This document shows positions 31,612 through 43,900 of a stretch of 64,000 bases of DNA, one piece after another. The notes under the pieces were generated by a model. That model was given only the letters and a program-made list of their open reading frames with translations, was not told the DNA's origin and searched no databases. Made by a program: the position numbers and the translations under genes. Location of the stretch: assembly GCA_000004985.1 (NCBI GenBank), contig GG738902.1; one strand, 5' to 3'. The stretch's first letter is position 1, and each line of letters opens with the position of its first letter. This DNA is from Naegleria gruberi. Lineage: Eukaryota.

Positions 31612-33585
31612 TTAATCAGAATCACCAGAATATGATTCATAATCATCGGTTGAAATCATTTCTTGTTCGCGTGGTAAACCATTAATGTAATCGGCATAAT
31701 CTACTCGCAAATATTTGACTAAATGGAAAAATTGAGATCGTAGCATGGTGTTACCTTGAACGAACTCTCGTGCTTCGATTTCTACACTATTACAGTTAAT
31801 TTCTAGTAAACGGATAGCTAGCTCAATTATTCCTGTTTGTATCAGGGCAAGATTCCTCTTATTTTCAATGTCAAAATTAAGAACTTTCAGTGTTTTAGTT
31901 TTGGCTAAAGTAAAGTTGACTGCCTTATCAATATCCAATAGAGCTATTAAACCTGCAAAAATGTAAATGGAACGTTTCTCCAACATTGCTCGCATTAAAA
32001 TTTCTACTAGCTTTTCAAGATTAGGTGGCTTAATTCCTTTCACAATATAGTCACAAACTAAATTGATGAGGCAGTTATTATTTAGTGGAATCCAAGAGTT
32101 TTTGATAGCCAAGCTATAAATAAATTCCATATTTGATACCGCATTGCTTATAGGTTCAATAGCGTCATACATTTGATATGAAACAAGTACTCTTGCTGGT
32201 CCAGTTAGTTCATTATTTGATCTGAAATAGAAGAGTAATAAATCCGAAATGACTTTCCTTATGTTATCATCCAAAAGTTGTTTCTCTGAAAGCAGTTGGT
32301 GTATGCGTAAACATAGAACCAATCGACCAGCCATTGTTTCTGGAAGTACGGTTTTCCAAGTTATAAATCCAGGTATTAAAGATTTAACAGCTAGCACCAT
32401 CCTTTCCGTCATTCCTAATATTATTAAAATGGTTTCTATGAATTTGAAATACTCAGATTCAAGTGGATATTTTACAATATTAGAAATTATACTTGTCAAT
32501 TCGTCATCCTTAATCATCTTGTTAGTTAATTCCATTGTAGCACACAAAAAATTAAGAAATGGTTCAACATCCTCAGGTGTTTCCACTTTAAATTCAATCG
32601 TACCGTTGTAAATTACTTCCAAACATGACTGATCGAGCATAATTTGGTCCAAATGATATGGTAAACCTAGTAATAAAATTTTTCTAATGGAATATGGAGC
32701 ATTTTCGAGAATCTCTTTGATATAGAAATTTCCGAATGTTTCATCGCTGAAAAGGGCACATTTCATGGCTATTTCTCGTAAATCTAACAACTCTGTAGCA
32801 TCCCCAATAATTCTAAAATAATGTGCAATGAATGCACTAAATTTGAGTTTTTCAACAACTTTCAAAGCTTTTCTTAATCTTTGATTGTGTTCTTCATTTC
32901 GTTCCAAATCACTAATAGCATCAAACTCTTGATTTAGAAAAGCAAATGTTGGAAACGGACAACTATGAGCATAGATTCGGAGTATGTCTATTAAATTCTC
33001 ATCTGGTTCTACGTCAATTCTTTCATATAATAGTTGGAATAAGTTTTGCAACATTGGTTCATTTTTGGTTGTACGAACAATTCTAAGGTCTGCATACTTT
33101 GAAAGTAATTTTTTTTCTCTTGTTGTCCATTTTGGACACATTGCCTTGTCATTCCAATATTTTTCATTATAATGTGACAAGAAATCAATTAACTTGATGT
33201 AAAAAACATGAGAAAGAGTAGCACCTTCAGTATTCATACACGCCCAGACAGCATGAAAATACCAATACGGTACCACATGTTCATACTTAGTATTTGGAAA
33301 CAGAAAATTGTCCCTTGTCTCCTTATAGTCATCCAAAAATCGATAAACCAACTGGCCAGCACCACCAAGGTTGATCACTTTAAATAAATTTGTAATATCA
33401 TCATCGTCACTCCAAGAAATTTCCGTAAATGTTTCTTCATCTTCCATCATGTCATTTTGAACAATATCACACAACAGTTCATAGCTTGTGTAAATGTCTC
33501 CCCCAGGCAGCTCATCGGACAGTTGTGACTTGTGCAAATGTTCCTTCAGAGCATCACGGTTAGGTCCATCACGAAGTTTGAACAT
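31612..33585 (-). CDS. Hypothetical protein (657 aa), predominantly helical, with an acidic C-terminal tail.
   Basis: Long ORF with an ATG start and neighbour-like codon usage. No recognisable domain. Confidence 0.5.
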   Translation of the reverse strand: MFKLRDGPNRDALKEHLHKSQLSDELPGGDIYTSYELLCDIVQNDMMEDEETFTEISWSDDDDITNLFKVINLGGAGQLVYRFLDDYKETRDNFLFPNTKYEHVVPYWYFHAVWACMNTEGATLSHVFYIKLIDFLSHYNEKYWNDKAMCPKWTTREKKLLSKYADLRIVRTTKNEPMLQNLFQLLYERIDVEPDENLIDILRIYAHSCPFPTFAFLNQEFDAISDLERNEEHNQRLRKALKVVEKLKFSAFIAHYFRIIGDATELLDLREIAMKCALFSDETFGNFYIKEILENAPYSIRKILLLGLPYHLDQIMLDQSCLEVIYNGTIEFKVETPEDVEPFLNFLCATMELTNKMIKDDELTSIISNIVKYPLESEYFKFIETILIILGMTERMVLAVKSLIPGFITWKTVLPETMAGRLVLCLRIHQLLSEKQLLDDNIRKVISDLLLFYFRSNNELTGPARVLVSYQMYDAIEPISNAVSNMEFIYSLAIKNSWIPLNNNCLINLVCDYIVKGIKPPNLEKLVEILMRAMLEKRSIYIFAGLIALLDIDKAVNFTLAKTKTLKVLNFDIENKRNLALIQTGIIELAIRLLEINCNSVEIEAREFVQGNTMLRSQFFHLVKYLRVDYADYINGLPREQEMISTDDYESYSGDSD

Positions 33586-34241
33586 TTTTTTTCTTATTAA
33601 AATTAGTTAAATATTATTAAATAAATAAGTTTGGAGCTATTTGGTTTTTTGGTGACAATATAATGTTACGCCACCGAAGCTCCAACTCAGAAAAATTTTC
33701 AAAATTCAAAGTAAAATTGTGTTTGTGTTATTAGAGTGTTAATAATTAAATACTGTCGGTTTCAATCCCTTATCGTTTACGCAGACTTTTTATTGATGGT
33801 GCGATTTTATTATTGGTAAACAACTCAAGCAGGAACTATTCTAATCATTCAAAAAATTATTCATATTGGTGTGGGTGTAATTAAGTTGGGGGGGCTACGT
33901 GCAGTTAAGAACAACTAGATCTGATGCTCTATTCAGTCTGTGTAATGTTACTTTTGGTTGCAACGAAGGAATGGAATTTTCTAATTATTTTGAATGTATC
34001 TGTCTAGAATCCAAAGTGAAACCTTTTCCAAGATTAAATAAAACAACTTTGGATTATTTAATAACAATTATTCCTTCGTCCCAATTAATATCAATCTCAA
34101 AAAGAGGAAAATCCAATGTATTACTGTATATCATCAAGTTGTGTCAATCATCCCACCTTTATTTATTGAGATAATCAGCTGGCTTCCAGTTTTTCTAAAA
34201 TGCACTAATATGGCAATGCTTATTTTGACTTTTCAAAAAAA

Positions 34242-34643
34242 ATGACCAAAAATTGTAAAAGAAAAGGAGTTATTATTGATGAATTAACGTATGAAGGATC
34301 ATCAAAACCAAAGGATTTCTGTTGTGTTTGTAAATCCAAACATGATACAGTTATTTGGAAGAAGGGTTCCTTTACACTCACTCCTTTAGCATTAAAGATG
34401 GCTTCACTTATGAAAAATTGTGTCATTGATGGCAATTTATGTGGAAATGTTTGTTGTAATGCAGCGTATGTGGAAATATGTAATTATTACAAGTCTCCAA
34501 TAGGGAAAGGAAAGGCAGATTCACTAAAAACCATCAAGGATCCCATCTGGAAAACTGATAACAAAATTCGAAAACCGAAATTCGAAATTGTTAAATCGCA
34601 AAGAACACTTGTACCAATTTTACTTTACTATTTTATTCAATGA
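34242..34643 (+). CDS. Small Cys-rich hypothetical protein (133 aa).
   Basis: The ORF has an ATG in an A-rich context and about 10 Cys. Weak support. Confidence 0.25.
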   Translation: MTKNCKRKGVIIDELTYEGSSKPKDFCCVCKSKHDTVIWKKGSFTLTPLALKMASLMKNCVIDGNLCGNVCCNAAYVEICNYYKSPIGKGKADSLKTIKDPIWKTDNKIRKPKFEIVKSQRTLVPILLYYFIQ

Positions 34644-34926
34644 ATAAGGGATGAAAAACATTCATTAGAAGAAGATAGATTCCCAGTAATATATTCTCTC
34701 TCTGTACAATTTATTATTTCAATATCTGTCAAGTTAATTGAGATAGAAGGTTTTTCATTAGCTCATACCAAAATAGCTGGAGTTGAACTTCCTTGAAAAA
34801 GAAGTCTGGAAATTCCAGGAAAGAATTTGGAACAAAAATCTTTCCTAGAAAATCCAGAGAAAAATCTTTCCGGCTACATTACCAAAAGGGTCAATCATCT
34901 CTCTACCAGCAGCCAATTCGAATCCT

Positions 34927-37083
34927 TTGACCAAACTATTCAATAATATTGAGGAACAATTTAGTAGTAAACAACTCTCCAAAAGAGAACAACGAAAAAC
35001 ATCTCAACTCAACGTTAATGATCCTAAATTTTGTGAGTTGGATATTGAAATCGTTCTTAAGTGTTTTCCAGAAATTAAACCTGCAAGCTTTATTTTAGAA
35101 ACCATATTACAGGAACAAAATGAGTATCCTCTTGATGTACGTTATATGGTAGCATTAGCAGTGGCCAAATATGATGTTGGAACTCAAAATATTTATGATA
35201 TTGTCAAATTAGTTGGTAATTTGCCAGAGTTTGGTAATTTAAAATTACGCGATGCCATGAATTCTGACACAGTAATAAGATGTATTGTTGAGATTGGATT
35301 ATGTGTTAAAGTTGCACTTTCTTTAATCCTAAGTGAATCTTTGGATTTGTTGTGGTCTTGTGATGAAACAGAGGATCATTATAGAAGATTTCTTGCCATT
35401 ACAGCACATGGAATGTTGAAAGACAAACCCTGGCATTTTGTTCTTGGTTTATCCGAAATTAGTGATCATGCCAGCGTAAATATTGGTTGCAAATCTGGAA
35501 TATTGACACAATTCAATAATCAAAGAAGACTGGATTATAAAGAAACTGATCCTTATGGTGTCACAGTATTGGAAGATTGTATATTTTTGAGTTGTGCTGA
35601 TCATACGGTTGCTTTAGCGGCTAAAAGAGCTCACAAGCAAATGGCAGAGATATGCAAGGAGTTTAAAGTATATGATCCAACAAAAATTCCTCCGTGCTAT
35701 CTTAGTATTATTCATTACATTACTTCCGTGATATCATCTAAGTTCAGAACTACTTCCAAAAACAAATATCTTGCATTCGAAAGTAAGTGGAAATTAAAAA
35801 GTAGACCAATGGTCTGTGTAGATGAAATAAGATATTGCTCAGTTGATATTGTAGCAAACTTGATTGTTGAGAGATTATATTTTTTTAAAAGTATTAGAAG
35901 ATACATCACTGACAAAAAGTTGTATGAGGTATTGATGTTATTGGATAGAAAAGAAATAGTGATGATGTTGTGTGTTAGTTCTTGCATGTGGACATCTCTT
36001 TACTCCAAATATATGAAGAGTGGTTCCATTATTTCCTCTTCCAGTTATTATTTGGAATATTTGGAAAAGCTTACAGCTATCATTTCAAATCCAAATAATT
36101 ATTCCTATATATTGAATGTAACTTTTGAAATAACACCAGAGTTATTTCGGGAATATTATAACTCAACTAAATCCTTAACTTTGAATATTCCTTCACTAAT
36201 ATCAGGTCAAATAGAATATGAAAATAATATCTTGCCACTCAATCAATTTGAAGAGCAAATTGGTAAAAGCCTTGTTCAAAATAGAGCTATAGAACAAGAC
36301 AAAGTTGCAGTTCTGATATTAGAAGAGTCGTCAGAAGATAATATAGAGCATGTAGATATTAGTTGCATTGGTAATGTTCAAGAAAACCTATTTATGAGGT
36401 TCGGTGAAGCAATCATCTCTGGAAATGTTACTTCCTTAGTGGATTATATTACCAAAAATAATTATGCTACAGAAAAGTTGTACTCAGATTTCATTACAGC
36501 AACAAATAGATTGTGTGAAAGAACATTCTCCACTGTGAAATATGCTCTTGATGATAATTCTAGAACCAGAGCACTGGTAATCGAGTCAATAATATTAGTC
36601 AGGCAATTTCCATTAGACTTGAATGTCAGTAGCTTTTCTCCATTATTTGAATTCAAAAAGAAAGCTAGAGTATTGCTAGATTCACAACAAACAAGAAAAG
36701 AGATCGCCTCGGAGAAGGTGGTCATTGAATTAAAACAGGCTGAAGAAGAATCCCAAAAAGTAGCAAAGAAGCACTCTCAACAGTTAGAAGGAGAGTTGAC
36801 AGATCAATTATTGAGAGTATGTGGAATAACATTAGATACCAATCTCAAACCTTATACTAACAAATGGTACGCATTGGTAGTAGATAAAATTAAAAAACAC
36901 TACAATGGAAAGAAGAAGAAGAAATGGAGGAAAACTTTTCGGAAAAAGAGTGATTATGTACAATTTTTGGCACAAATTGCACTTGAAGAGGAGAATAGAT
37001 TGTGGAGAGAAGGGTTGCCATCATCACAGTCTGATTACTCACAACAAAATGCGTTCACAATCGAGGAACCAAGTACACAATGA
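34927..37083 (+). CDS. Hypothetical protein (about 718 aa). The 5' end is uncertain.
   Basis: The ORF is open from 34927 (TTG) but the first in-frame ATG is at 35146. The N-terminal 73 codons look protein-like, so an upstream spliced exon is possible. Confidence 0.45.
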   Translation: MTKLFNNIEEQFSSKQLSKREQRKTSQLNVNDPKFCELDIEIVLKCFPEIKPASFILETILQEQNEYPLDVRYMVALAVAKYDVGTQNIYDIVKLVGNLPEFGNLKLRDAMNSDTVIRCIVEIGLCVKVALSLILSESLDLLWSCDETEDHYRRFLAITAHGMLKDKPWHFVLGLSEISDHASVNIGCKSGILTQFNNQRRLDYKETDPYGVTVLEDCIFLSCADHTVALAAKRAHKQMAEICKEFKVYDPTKIPPCYLSIIHYITSVISSKFRTTSKNKYLAFESKWKLKSRPMVCVDEIRYCSVDIVANLIVERLYFFKSIRRYITDKKLYEVLMLLDRKEIVMMLCVSSCMWTSLYSKYMKSGSIISSSSYYLEYLEKLTAIISNPNNYSYILNVTFEITPELFREYYNSTKSLTLNIPSLISGQIEYENNILPLNQFEEQIGKSLVQNRAIEQDKVAVLILEESSEDNIEHVDISCIGNVQENLFMRFGEAIISGNVTSLVDYITKNNYATEKLYSDFITATNRLCERTFSTVKYALDDNSRTRALVIESIILVRQFPLDLNVSSFSPLFEFKKKARVLLDSQQTRKEIASEKVVIELKQAEEESQKVAKKHSQQLEGELTDQLLRVCGITLDTNLKPYTNKWYALVVDKIKKHYNGKKKKKWRKTFRKKSDYVQFLAQIALEEENRLWREGLPSSQSDYSQQNAFTIEEPSTQ

Positions 37084-37171
37084 TGTTTTTGTTTTTTTTT
37101 AATAAAATTTTACAACAAAAATGCGCACCAATCAAATTACTGGCGTAACATTAGTGACAATACTTTACGTT

Positions 37172-38068
37172 TTATAACAAATCTATTGAAGATACCAGTG
37201 AATTGTACATGAATAAAAACATTTCATCACTCAGTTTGGAGGAATCAGCACCAAATTCACTGAGTGTTTTCAGGGCAATATTGTGTTTGGTTTTGATTAA
37301 TGATGCTGAAAGTTTTACAGAGAGAGGAATTAATATTTCTCTCAGTTTGGCAACATTTGAATCTGAAATATTATTCTTCATCCAATATAATGCAAATTCC
37401 AATAATTTCATCTCACCAAACACAACCTTTTGATCCTGATATTCCTCAATAAAACCAAGCATCATACTCTCATCAAAATAATTAATATACATTGATAACT
37501 TCCAGGAACTTGTAAACTTGGTTTTTAATCTGGTTTCCATCTCTGGGATTGCAAAAGTTTTAGCCAAATAGTACAATTTGAAAAAGTGTTGCACATAATC
37601 ACCATCTACCAACTTGTCAAGAAGAAAGTTTGTCAATTTAGGAATTCCCATCAAAATTGAAAGCCTAATCGCATCAATAACATTATCCAAAGAATGATCG
37701 AGCAAATGGTCCCTCTCCTCTGCTTCGTACAAATAGAGCATTACATATTCAAAAGCCTCTCTATTATACACTTTGAGATCAACTTGAATTGTTTTTGATT
37801 GATTTTCATCGGAGGTGATGATCATTGCATCGGAATGTTCTTCCTTCTTTTCATCATCATGATTAGTTGTTATATTATTATTATTATTACTAGTAATATT
37901 AGAATTATTTGTTGATGATTGTTGCGTTAACTTTTCTAAAAAGTAAAGAGAAGAGACAATTATTGAAGAGTGAGCATAATATTTGATCGGATCAGATAAA
38001 AGTTGTGGAAAGAGTAATACTACGTTATGATCACTTTCATTATTGAATTTCAACTCTTGTGAAGACAT
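37172..38068 (-). CDS. BTB/POZ domain protein.
   Basis: N-terminal BTB-like fold (HNVVLLFPQLLSDPIKYYAHSSIIVSSLYFLEKL ... VDLKVYNREAFEYVMLYLYEAE), followed by a helical BACK-like region. Confidence 0.5.
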   Translation of the reverse strand: MSSQELKFNNESDHNVVLLFPQLLSDPIKYYAHSSIIVSSLYFLEKLTQQSSTNNSNITSNNNNNITTNHDDEKKEEHSDAMIITSDENQSKTIQVDLKVYNREAFEYVMLYLYEAEERDHLLDHSLDNVIDAIRLSILMGIPKLTNFLLDKLVDGDYVQHFFKLYYLAKTFAIPEMETRLKTKFTSSWKLSMYINYFDESMMLGFIEEYQDQKVVFGEMKLLEFALYWMKNNISDSNVAKLREILIPLSVKLSASLIKTKHNIALKTLSEFGADSSKLSDEMFLFMYNSLVSSIDLL

Positions 38069-38154
38069 TTTTTTTAATTAAAATTATTATCCGTATTATT
38101 TTAATAATTAATGAAAATGTTAATTGTAAAGTATTTAAAAATATTTAAAAAAAA

Positions 38155-39675
38155 ATGAGCGGTCAATCTGTGGTGATTACTCTGGTTGATCATCCTCAAC
38201 AGGACCATCAATATTTATTTAATCTTCTCTTTCAAAAGATGCAACACCAAATCAAAGGCTTTGTCCGTTGGTTTGAAAGGCGGGAAAATATTTTAAATGA
38301 AATTCGAGTAAATAATAATAATCGTGATGATGATCATGATGAATATTTCATTCCGAAACCCTTCTCTGTATGGATTGAAAAGGAGGAAAATTTAAAGAAA
38401 GAAATGGGTTTTTTACCAATTGAATTTTCGTTGGATAATGCAAGTCTGGTGGCTTATACGATTGTTGCAACTCTTTTCTCATTGTCGTCCAATATGTTTG
38501 AAATTGTCGTATTCAACAAGAATGAATGTACTAGTGAGAGGAGTGAAGGATTTCTTCTCACGAGCCTACTTTTAGATCAAAATGAGGAGGAGTTTATTGA
38601 AAGTTTTCCCAATGAATTGATTGGTTCGAAAGAATTTATGAAGAAAGCTGTCGAAATGTGTGGAACTATTGTTAGGTGTGAGTGTTTGAATAAGGAGTTT
38701 TTGCAGGATCGTGATTTTGTGTTAAGGGCTGTGAATAATGCACCAATTTCCCTCTTGGAAGAGATTCCACTTCAATATAGAAATGATGATGAGATTGTTT
38801 TTAAGAGTTGTTCATTCATCCCAGCATGGGATGCAGAATTAATGTCAGATCGTTTAAAGAGCGACAAATCTTTCCTTTTAAAGGTGATTGAGAACGATCC
38901 TCCCATCTTTAAGTGTATTAGTCCAGAACTAAAAACCGATACAGATTTCATTATGGAATGCCTTGATAGGGCTGGCACTACGCTATTTGATTACATTCCC
39001 GACTGGATTTTAGAATCAATCGTTAAGGATATCAATATATTGAAATCAGTTTCCTCCAAACGATTTATAAGGGATTATTTTGCACGAGCTGCCTCTAAAT
39101 TCCTCCCCCATGAAGTAATTATTGAACTTTCCAATGACAGAGAGTTTGCCTATCAATGCATTAAGAATCAATCAACAGCTGCTTCATTCTTCTCACCAGA
39201 TATTAGAAAAGAAATAGAATTTATCAAACTATCCAAGAATTTGAACATTGCCCCAGATAAGACAGTATTAGATCGTGAATTCCTGAAAGAAATGTATAGC
39301 TTGGACATTCAAAATTTCCACTACATGCCAGACGAGCTCAAGAATAACAAAACCTTTGTTTTGGAGTTGATGGAAATCAATGGATTAGGTTTGGAATTTC
39401 TCTCTTCTTCCCTAAGAACTGATCATGACATTATCCAACGAGCAATTCAACAAAATGGTTCCTCCCTCAATGTTGCCCTAACTAAAGAAAGACGAAACAA
39501 GAAACTTCAAGAAATGGCAACCGAAACTAGTGGCTATTTCGAATATTTACATGCTGACAACATGAAATTCTGGAAACACTTTAATTTAAGATTGGAGAAG
39601 GAGTACTTTGGATTTGACATTCCCAAACGTTTTTGTTCAGTAGCAGCGTTACACAAAAAGTACCAACTTGATTGA
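38155..39675 (+). CDS. Repeat protein with DUF4116-like repeats (tentative).
   Basis: About 40-aa repeats of the pattern L+xD+xFvLxAVxxnxxxLxYxxxEL+xD (LQDRDFVLRAVNNAPISLLEEIP; LKSDKSFLLKVIENDPPIFKCISPELKTDTDFIMECL; LKNNKTFVLELMEINGLGLEFLSSSLRTDHDIIQRAIQQNGSSL). Confidence 0.45.
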   Translation: MSGQSVVITLVDHPQQDHQYLFNLLFQKMQHQIKGFVRWFERRENILNEIRVNNNNRDDDHDEYFIPKPFSVWIEKEENLKKEMGFLPIEFSLDNASLVAYTIVATLFSLSSNMFEIVVFNKNECTSERSEGFLLTSLLLDQNEEEFIESFPNELIGSKEFMKKAVEMCGTIVRCECLNKEFLQDRDFVLRAVNNAPISLLEEIPLQYRNDDEIVFKSCSFIPAWDAELMSDRLKSDKSFLLKVIENDPPIFKCISPELKTDTDFIMECLDRAGTTLFDYIPDWILESIVKDINILKSVSSKRFIRDYFARAASKFLPHEVIIELSNDREFAYQCIKNQSTAASFFSPDIRKEIEFIKLSKNLNIAPDKTVLDREFLKEMYSLDIQNFHYMPDELKNNKTFVLELMEINGLGLEFLSSSLRTDHDIIQRAIQQNGSSLNVALTKERRNKKLQEMATETSGYFEYLHADNMKFWKHFNLRLEKEYFGFDIPKRFCSVAALHKKYQLD

Positions 39676-39828
39676 ATCATCGAGTACGAAACTTCCTTAC
39701 CAATGCTTATGTGCGAAGATAGAGCTCTATTGATCAGATTCAGTTCCCGTTAAAGACTCAATTATTACTTTTACGTCATTTGTCAGATATCTCTGTTCTC
39801 CCAAGAAATTGAAAAAAAAAACATTCAA

Positions 39829-40911
39829 ATGGAAGAGTGTAACATCATCATTGAACCTTTTGCCTATGGCCTCGATAACAGCTCTGCTTTATCTACAACA
39901 ACTAGAAATGTTCATTATTTTTCTCTGAGCGCCTACGGTGTGACCATGTTGATGGCCATAGCACTGTTATTATTTATGGCAGTGTTACTTGTTAGGAAAG
40001 GTCATTCTATGGTTTCGAACAAAAAGTTGCTGTACCTCTTGACCATCTTTTTGAATATTATTCAGGTTGTGGCCATAATGTCAGGAGTTGGACATTCGGT
40101 GAGCAAGTTGACAAATGCTGCAGAGGTGGTTGGTCAGGCCTTTTTCATGATTCACTACGAGACGATTATTATAACATTATTCTTATCAATTATTTGCCAG
40201 AGTATGACAACAAAGGTTTTCTATACTGTTTATTTTGTTGGAAAGAGAAGAACAAAGCTCCAGACCTTTCTTAAACATTATGCAATTATCAATGCAATTA
40301 TTTGGACTATTTTGGTTTCCTTGTTAGTGATAACAATCTTTTTCACCTTGATGGCATACTACTTTCCTGGTGTGAATCAGGAAATTGCCAAAGATGCTGC
40401 TGTTGATAGGTTTTATGTTGATGCTGCTGTTGGTTGTTTTTACATTATTTCTGTAACTGTCACAGGAAGTGTCAATATTGCTTTGGTTGTTTATCTTATC
40501 AGATCAATCAGGGAGTCAGCTGCTAGATGTGGGCTTAAACCAAGTGAAGAACAGAACACTGCATCTAAAAAATTAATTGCTATCAGTATTAGTCAATTAT
40601 TTCTTGGAATTGGAATGGGATTAACAACATTTTTATTCATTTTAGGATTATTGGATTATATTGCATTTGCAGTTGCAAGTCACTTGCAAAGAATACTGGT
40701 ATTCGTTTATTCTTTGTTGGTAGTTTTCACTTTTGGGCCTCTGGATGATTTGAATAAGCACCTTTCCTCAAATTCTCAACTTAAAACCATTGCTTCTCCA
40801 ACTTCTCCACAAAGAGCAAAAACCAAATCAGAATCACCAGAAACTGAATTGAAAGGATTTGATATTGCATCACCCTCAATCAACCATTCAAATGTTGTTA
40901 GTAGTGTTTAA
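39829..40911 (+). CDS. Seven-transmembrane receptor-like (GPCR-like) membrane protein.
   Basis: Seven hydrophobic helices with loop spacing typical of 7TM receptors, and a Ser/Pro-rich cytoplasmic tail. Confidence 0.5.
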   Translation: MEECNIIIEPFAYGLDNSSALSTTTRNVHYFSLSAYGVTMLMAIALLLFMAVLLVRKGHSMVSNKKLLYLLTIFLNIIQVVAIMSGVGHSVSKLTNAAEVVGQAFFMIHYETIIITLFLSIICQSMTTKVFYTVYFVGKRRTKLQTFLKHYAIINAIIWTILVSLLVITIFFTLMAYYFPGVNQEIAKDAAVDRFYVDAAVGCFYIISVTVTGSVNIALVVYLIRSIRESAARCGLKPSEEQNTASKKLIAISISQLFLGIGMGLTTFLFILGLLDYIAFAVASHLQRILVFVYSLLVVFTFGPLDDLNKHLSSNSQLKTIASPTSPQRAKTKSESPETELKGFDIASPSINHSNVVSSV

Positions 40912-40941
40912 TCAATTTTGGAAACTATGAAACTTCCTTTA

Positions 40942-43900
40942 TTAATCAGCTAATTGCCTATTAGATGGTTTGATTTTAGTGGAAATTTCCCACAAATCTT
41001 CATCTGAATGATGAATAAGACGAGGCAATTCCTCAGTAAAGACGAATTGAAGATAGGCCAATTCTTGGAAGTCATAATTGAGACACAATTGTTGTAGGGA
41101 AGCAACACGCTCCAATGTCTTGAGGAGAATTCTCATCATCTTGTAATTAATTACCTTCTTGTTTGGACTTTTTGGATGGTCTAACAGTGGTTTGTTACCT
41201 TCCTTTGTGAATAAAACTTGACTTTGAAAGCTTCCTAAATATGGAACACATGGTAATTGTTTTTCTGACAAACTGTCATACATGGCAGCAATTTCCTTCG
41301 AATTGATAACCTTCTTTTGACAATCTTCCAATTCTTGATAAAGTTTGTGAACTTCCTTATTGTCTTCATAAAGCTCCTTGATTCTATAGACAGAGGTGGA
41401 TCTGAGAGCTCCTAACAATGCCATAAATCCGAAAAAGTTGTTTTGTTGATAGCATGACTGAGCTGAACACAAGACTTTTGTGAAAACCTTCTTTCTATCT
41501 CTGTCATTTGTTTGAACAAGTACCATTTCGTTCGCCCAATGTTGAACCAGTTTGAAATGCTCTTGCATGAATAGAATATTACTGCTGTACTTTTCTCTAA
41601 TTTCCTTATCCTTGCTTTCAATATAGTAAAATTCGTAAGGTTTGATTTTGAGGAAGAATTTAGCCTCCAATAGAGTAAGTTGATGAGCAATCTCGTTGGA
41701 AGGCCAAGCTACAATATCAAAAGTAATTTTGAACGGATTGGTAATACGTTGAGTAGTAAAGTACAATTCTCTATCGTGATTCCACTTTGACATTGGAATT
41801 TGTGGAGTGGATACCATTTGAAGTGTCAATCCTTTTGGAAGAATGAGTGTCTTGTCTGTTGATTGATCTCCATCTTGTCCAGGGCTTGTAATGTTACAAC
41901 GAGAGCCTGAAGATGCCTGAATGGACAAGACATTCAATAAGAGGGCATTTTGAATCTTGGCAATACTGGAACTGCTACTATCTGACATGTGTTCAATTTC
42001 CCGCATGAAATTAATACTCTTTGCAATACTTAAATTGTTAAAAGCATAAAAACCATCCTTGATTAATCTGGCTGCTGTTCTTTCTAAATTAATCTTGGCA
42101 ATAAACAAATTGTCCTTCTTGGAGGAGTCCATCTTTGATTGTTGATTCAAGTGTTTGTACTTGGAAATGAGAATATCAATAATGTGCTCTGGAGAACTAA
42201 ATAAATTATATGTCAAGTAGAACATTTGAGAAAAGTTTTCAGTATTTTCAATATCATTCTCTGGATTAAATCCTAAAATCTTATTAATGGATGCTTCCAA
42301 TGTTGCTGCCTTGAGAGATTTAGATTCCAAATCGACAATGTAGTCCTCAGGTTCGGCTTCATTAATATTGCTAATGGAAGATGCCTCTATTCTACTCAAA
42401 TATTCACTCAATAAAATATCACTACAGTTAGCACAGTGTGCTCTGAACACATCTGTATCATAGTCCAAGTCGTTTGCATCTGGACAAAAGACCAACAAGC
42501 TGTGAGATTTTTCCATGAACATTAATAAAGCAATGAGTAATCTAAACTTGTTTTCCTTCTTTAAGAATTTCATAGACAAGTCTCTTGAATTACTAATTTC
42601 ATGAACACTGATTCTCTCAGCAAAGTTGGTAATAAGCTCTGTCATGACACTTTTAACCATTATAAAGCAAGTATTACCATCATGTCTTAAAAGTGAGTGA
42701 ATGACTGTGTGTCGAATGAGTTGAATTAGTTTGTATAATAGTGCCTCAACAGTATCATCATCTGCTGCACTATCTGAAACATTTTCCAAAACAGAAATCA
42801 AGTGCTTGGTCATACCTCCTTCCTTTCCTATAAATAAGTTAAAGATTAAATAGACCACAATTTGATAAGATTTGCTAACAAAGTCAAGCTTTTTGGATTG
42901 TTGTTCAGATCTCTCTTTTGAAATACCTCTGAATGAAAGTACAACATTCTTGAAAAACTTTAAAACGTAAAATATAATACTAATGTCATTCAGATCGTTA
43001 GCAAAATAGAGGGTCTTTTTCTTCCACCACTCAATCAAGGTATCTCTATTACAATTTCTCATGGTCCACAACATGATAGTACTCAGAATAATATTAATTT
43101 CGTTGAATTGTTTGAGTTTGAGCAAAAGTTCTTCTCCTTTGGTAAAGAAGTTGTCAACTAATGAATTAAATAAAATTCCAATGACTCGCTCACGTTGTTC
43201 CCTCGATTGATATCTTTCATCATAATCAATCTTGATGAAAAGATCAAGGAAATATTTGGCTGTCTTGAAAATTATCTTTTCATTGCCAGCCTCAATTGAT
43301 TCCAAGAAGAAAGTAATGAGCTTGCTTACGAATGCGTTTTCCTTTCCAGCAGTGTCCAAATCCCAAATAGAGTGATAATCTGTAATAATAGCCAAAGATT
43401 CACTCAATAATCTAGAAGCAGTATCCTTGGAAGTGCATCGATTTACCTTTTTACAATAAAAATCAAAAACACCAGCCGATTCAGAATACCCCAAAAATGG
43501 AATTAAATCTCTGATAAATAGAGCAATATTTCTGTTACAGTAAACTACCAAATTATTGTTAGCTGCATTGTTGGTACCTAACAGTTTTTCCATTCCTTCA
43601 AAAAGTAATTGGATAAGACTCTTTGAAAGTTGAATAAGATCTGCCTCTTCATAATTTTTAACACCTTTGGATTGTGCAACAAGGAGACTCTTAATAGCCA
43701 TATCGAAAATAAACCAAGAATATCTGCATGACTCTGATTCAACACTGATATCGTCTTGTTGCTTTTGCTCCTTGCTATGCATGTAGAGAATGAATAAACT
43801 CAACAATTTGCAATGTAAAGTTTCATAATTAAATACATATTTCACATATCCAGAGAAAAATCTATTACCACGAGAGCTATTTCCACACAAGTCATGGAAG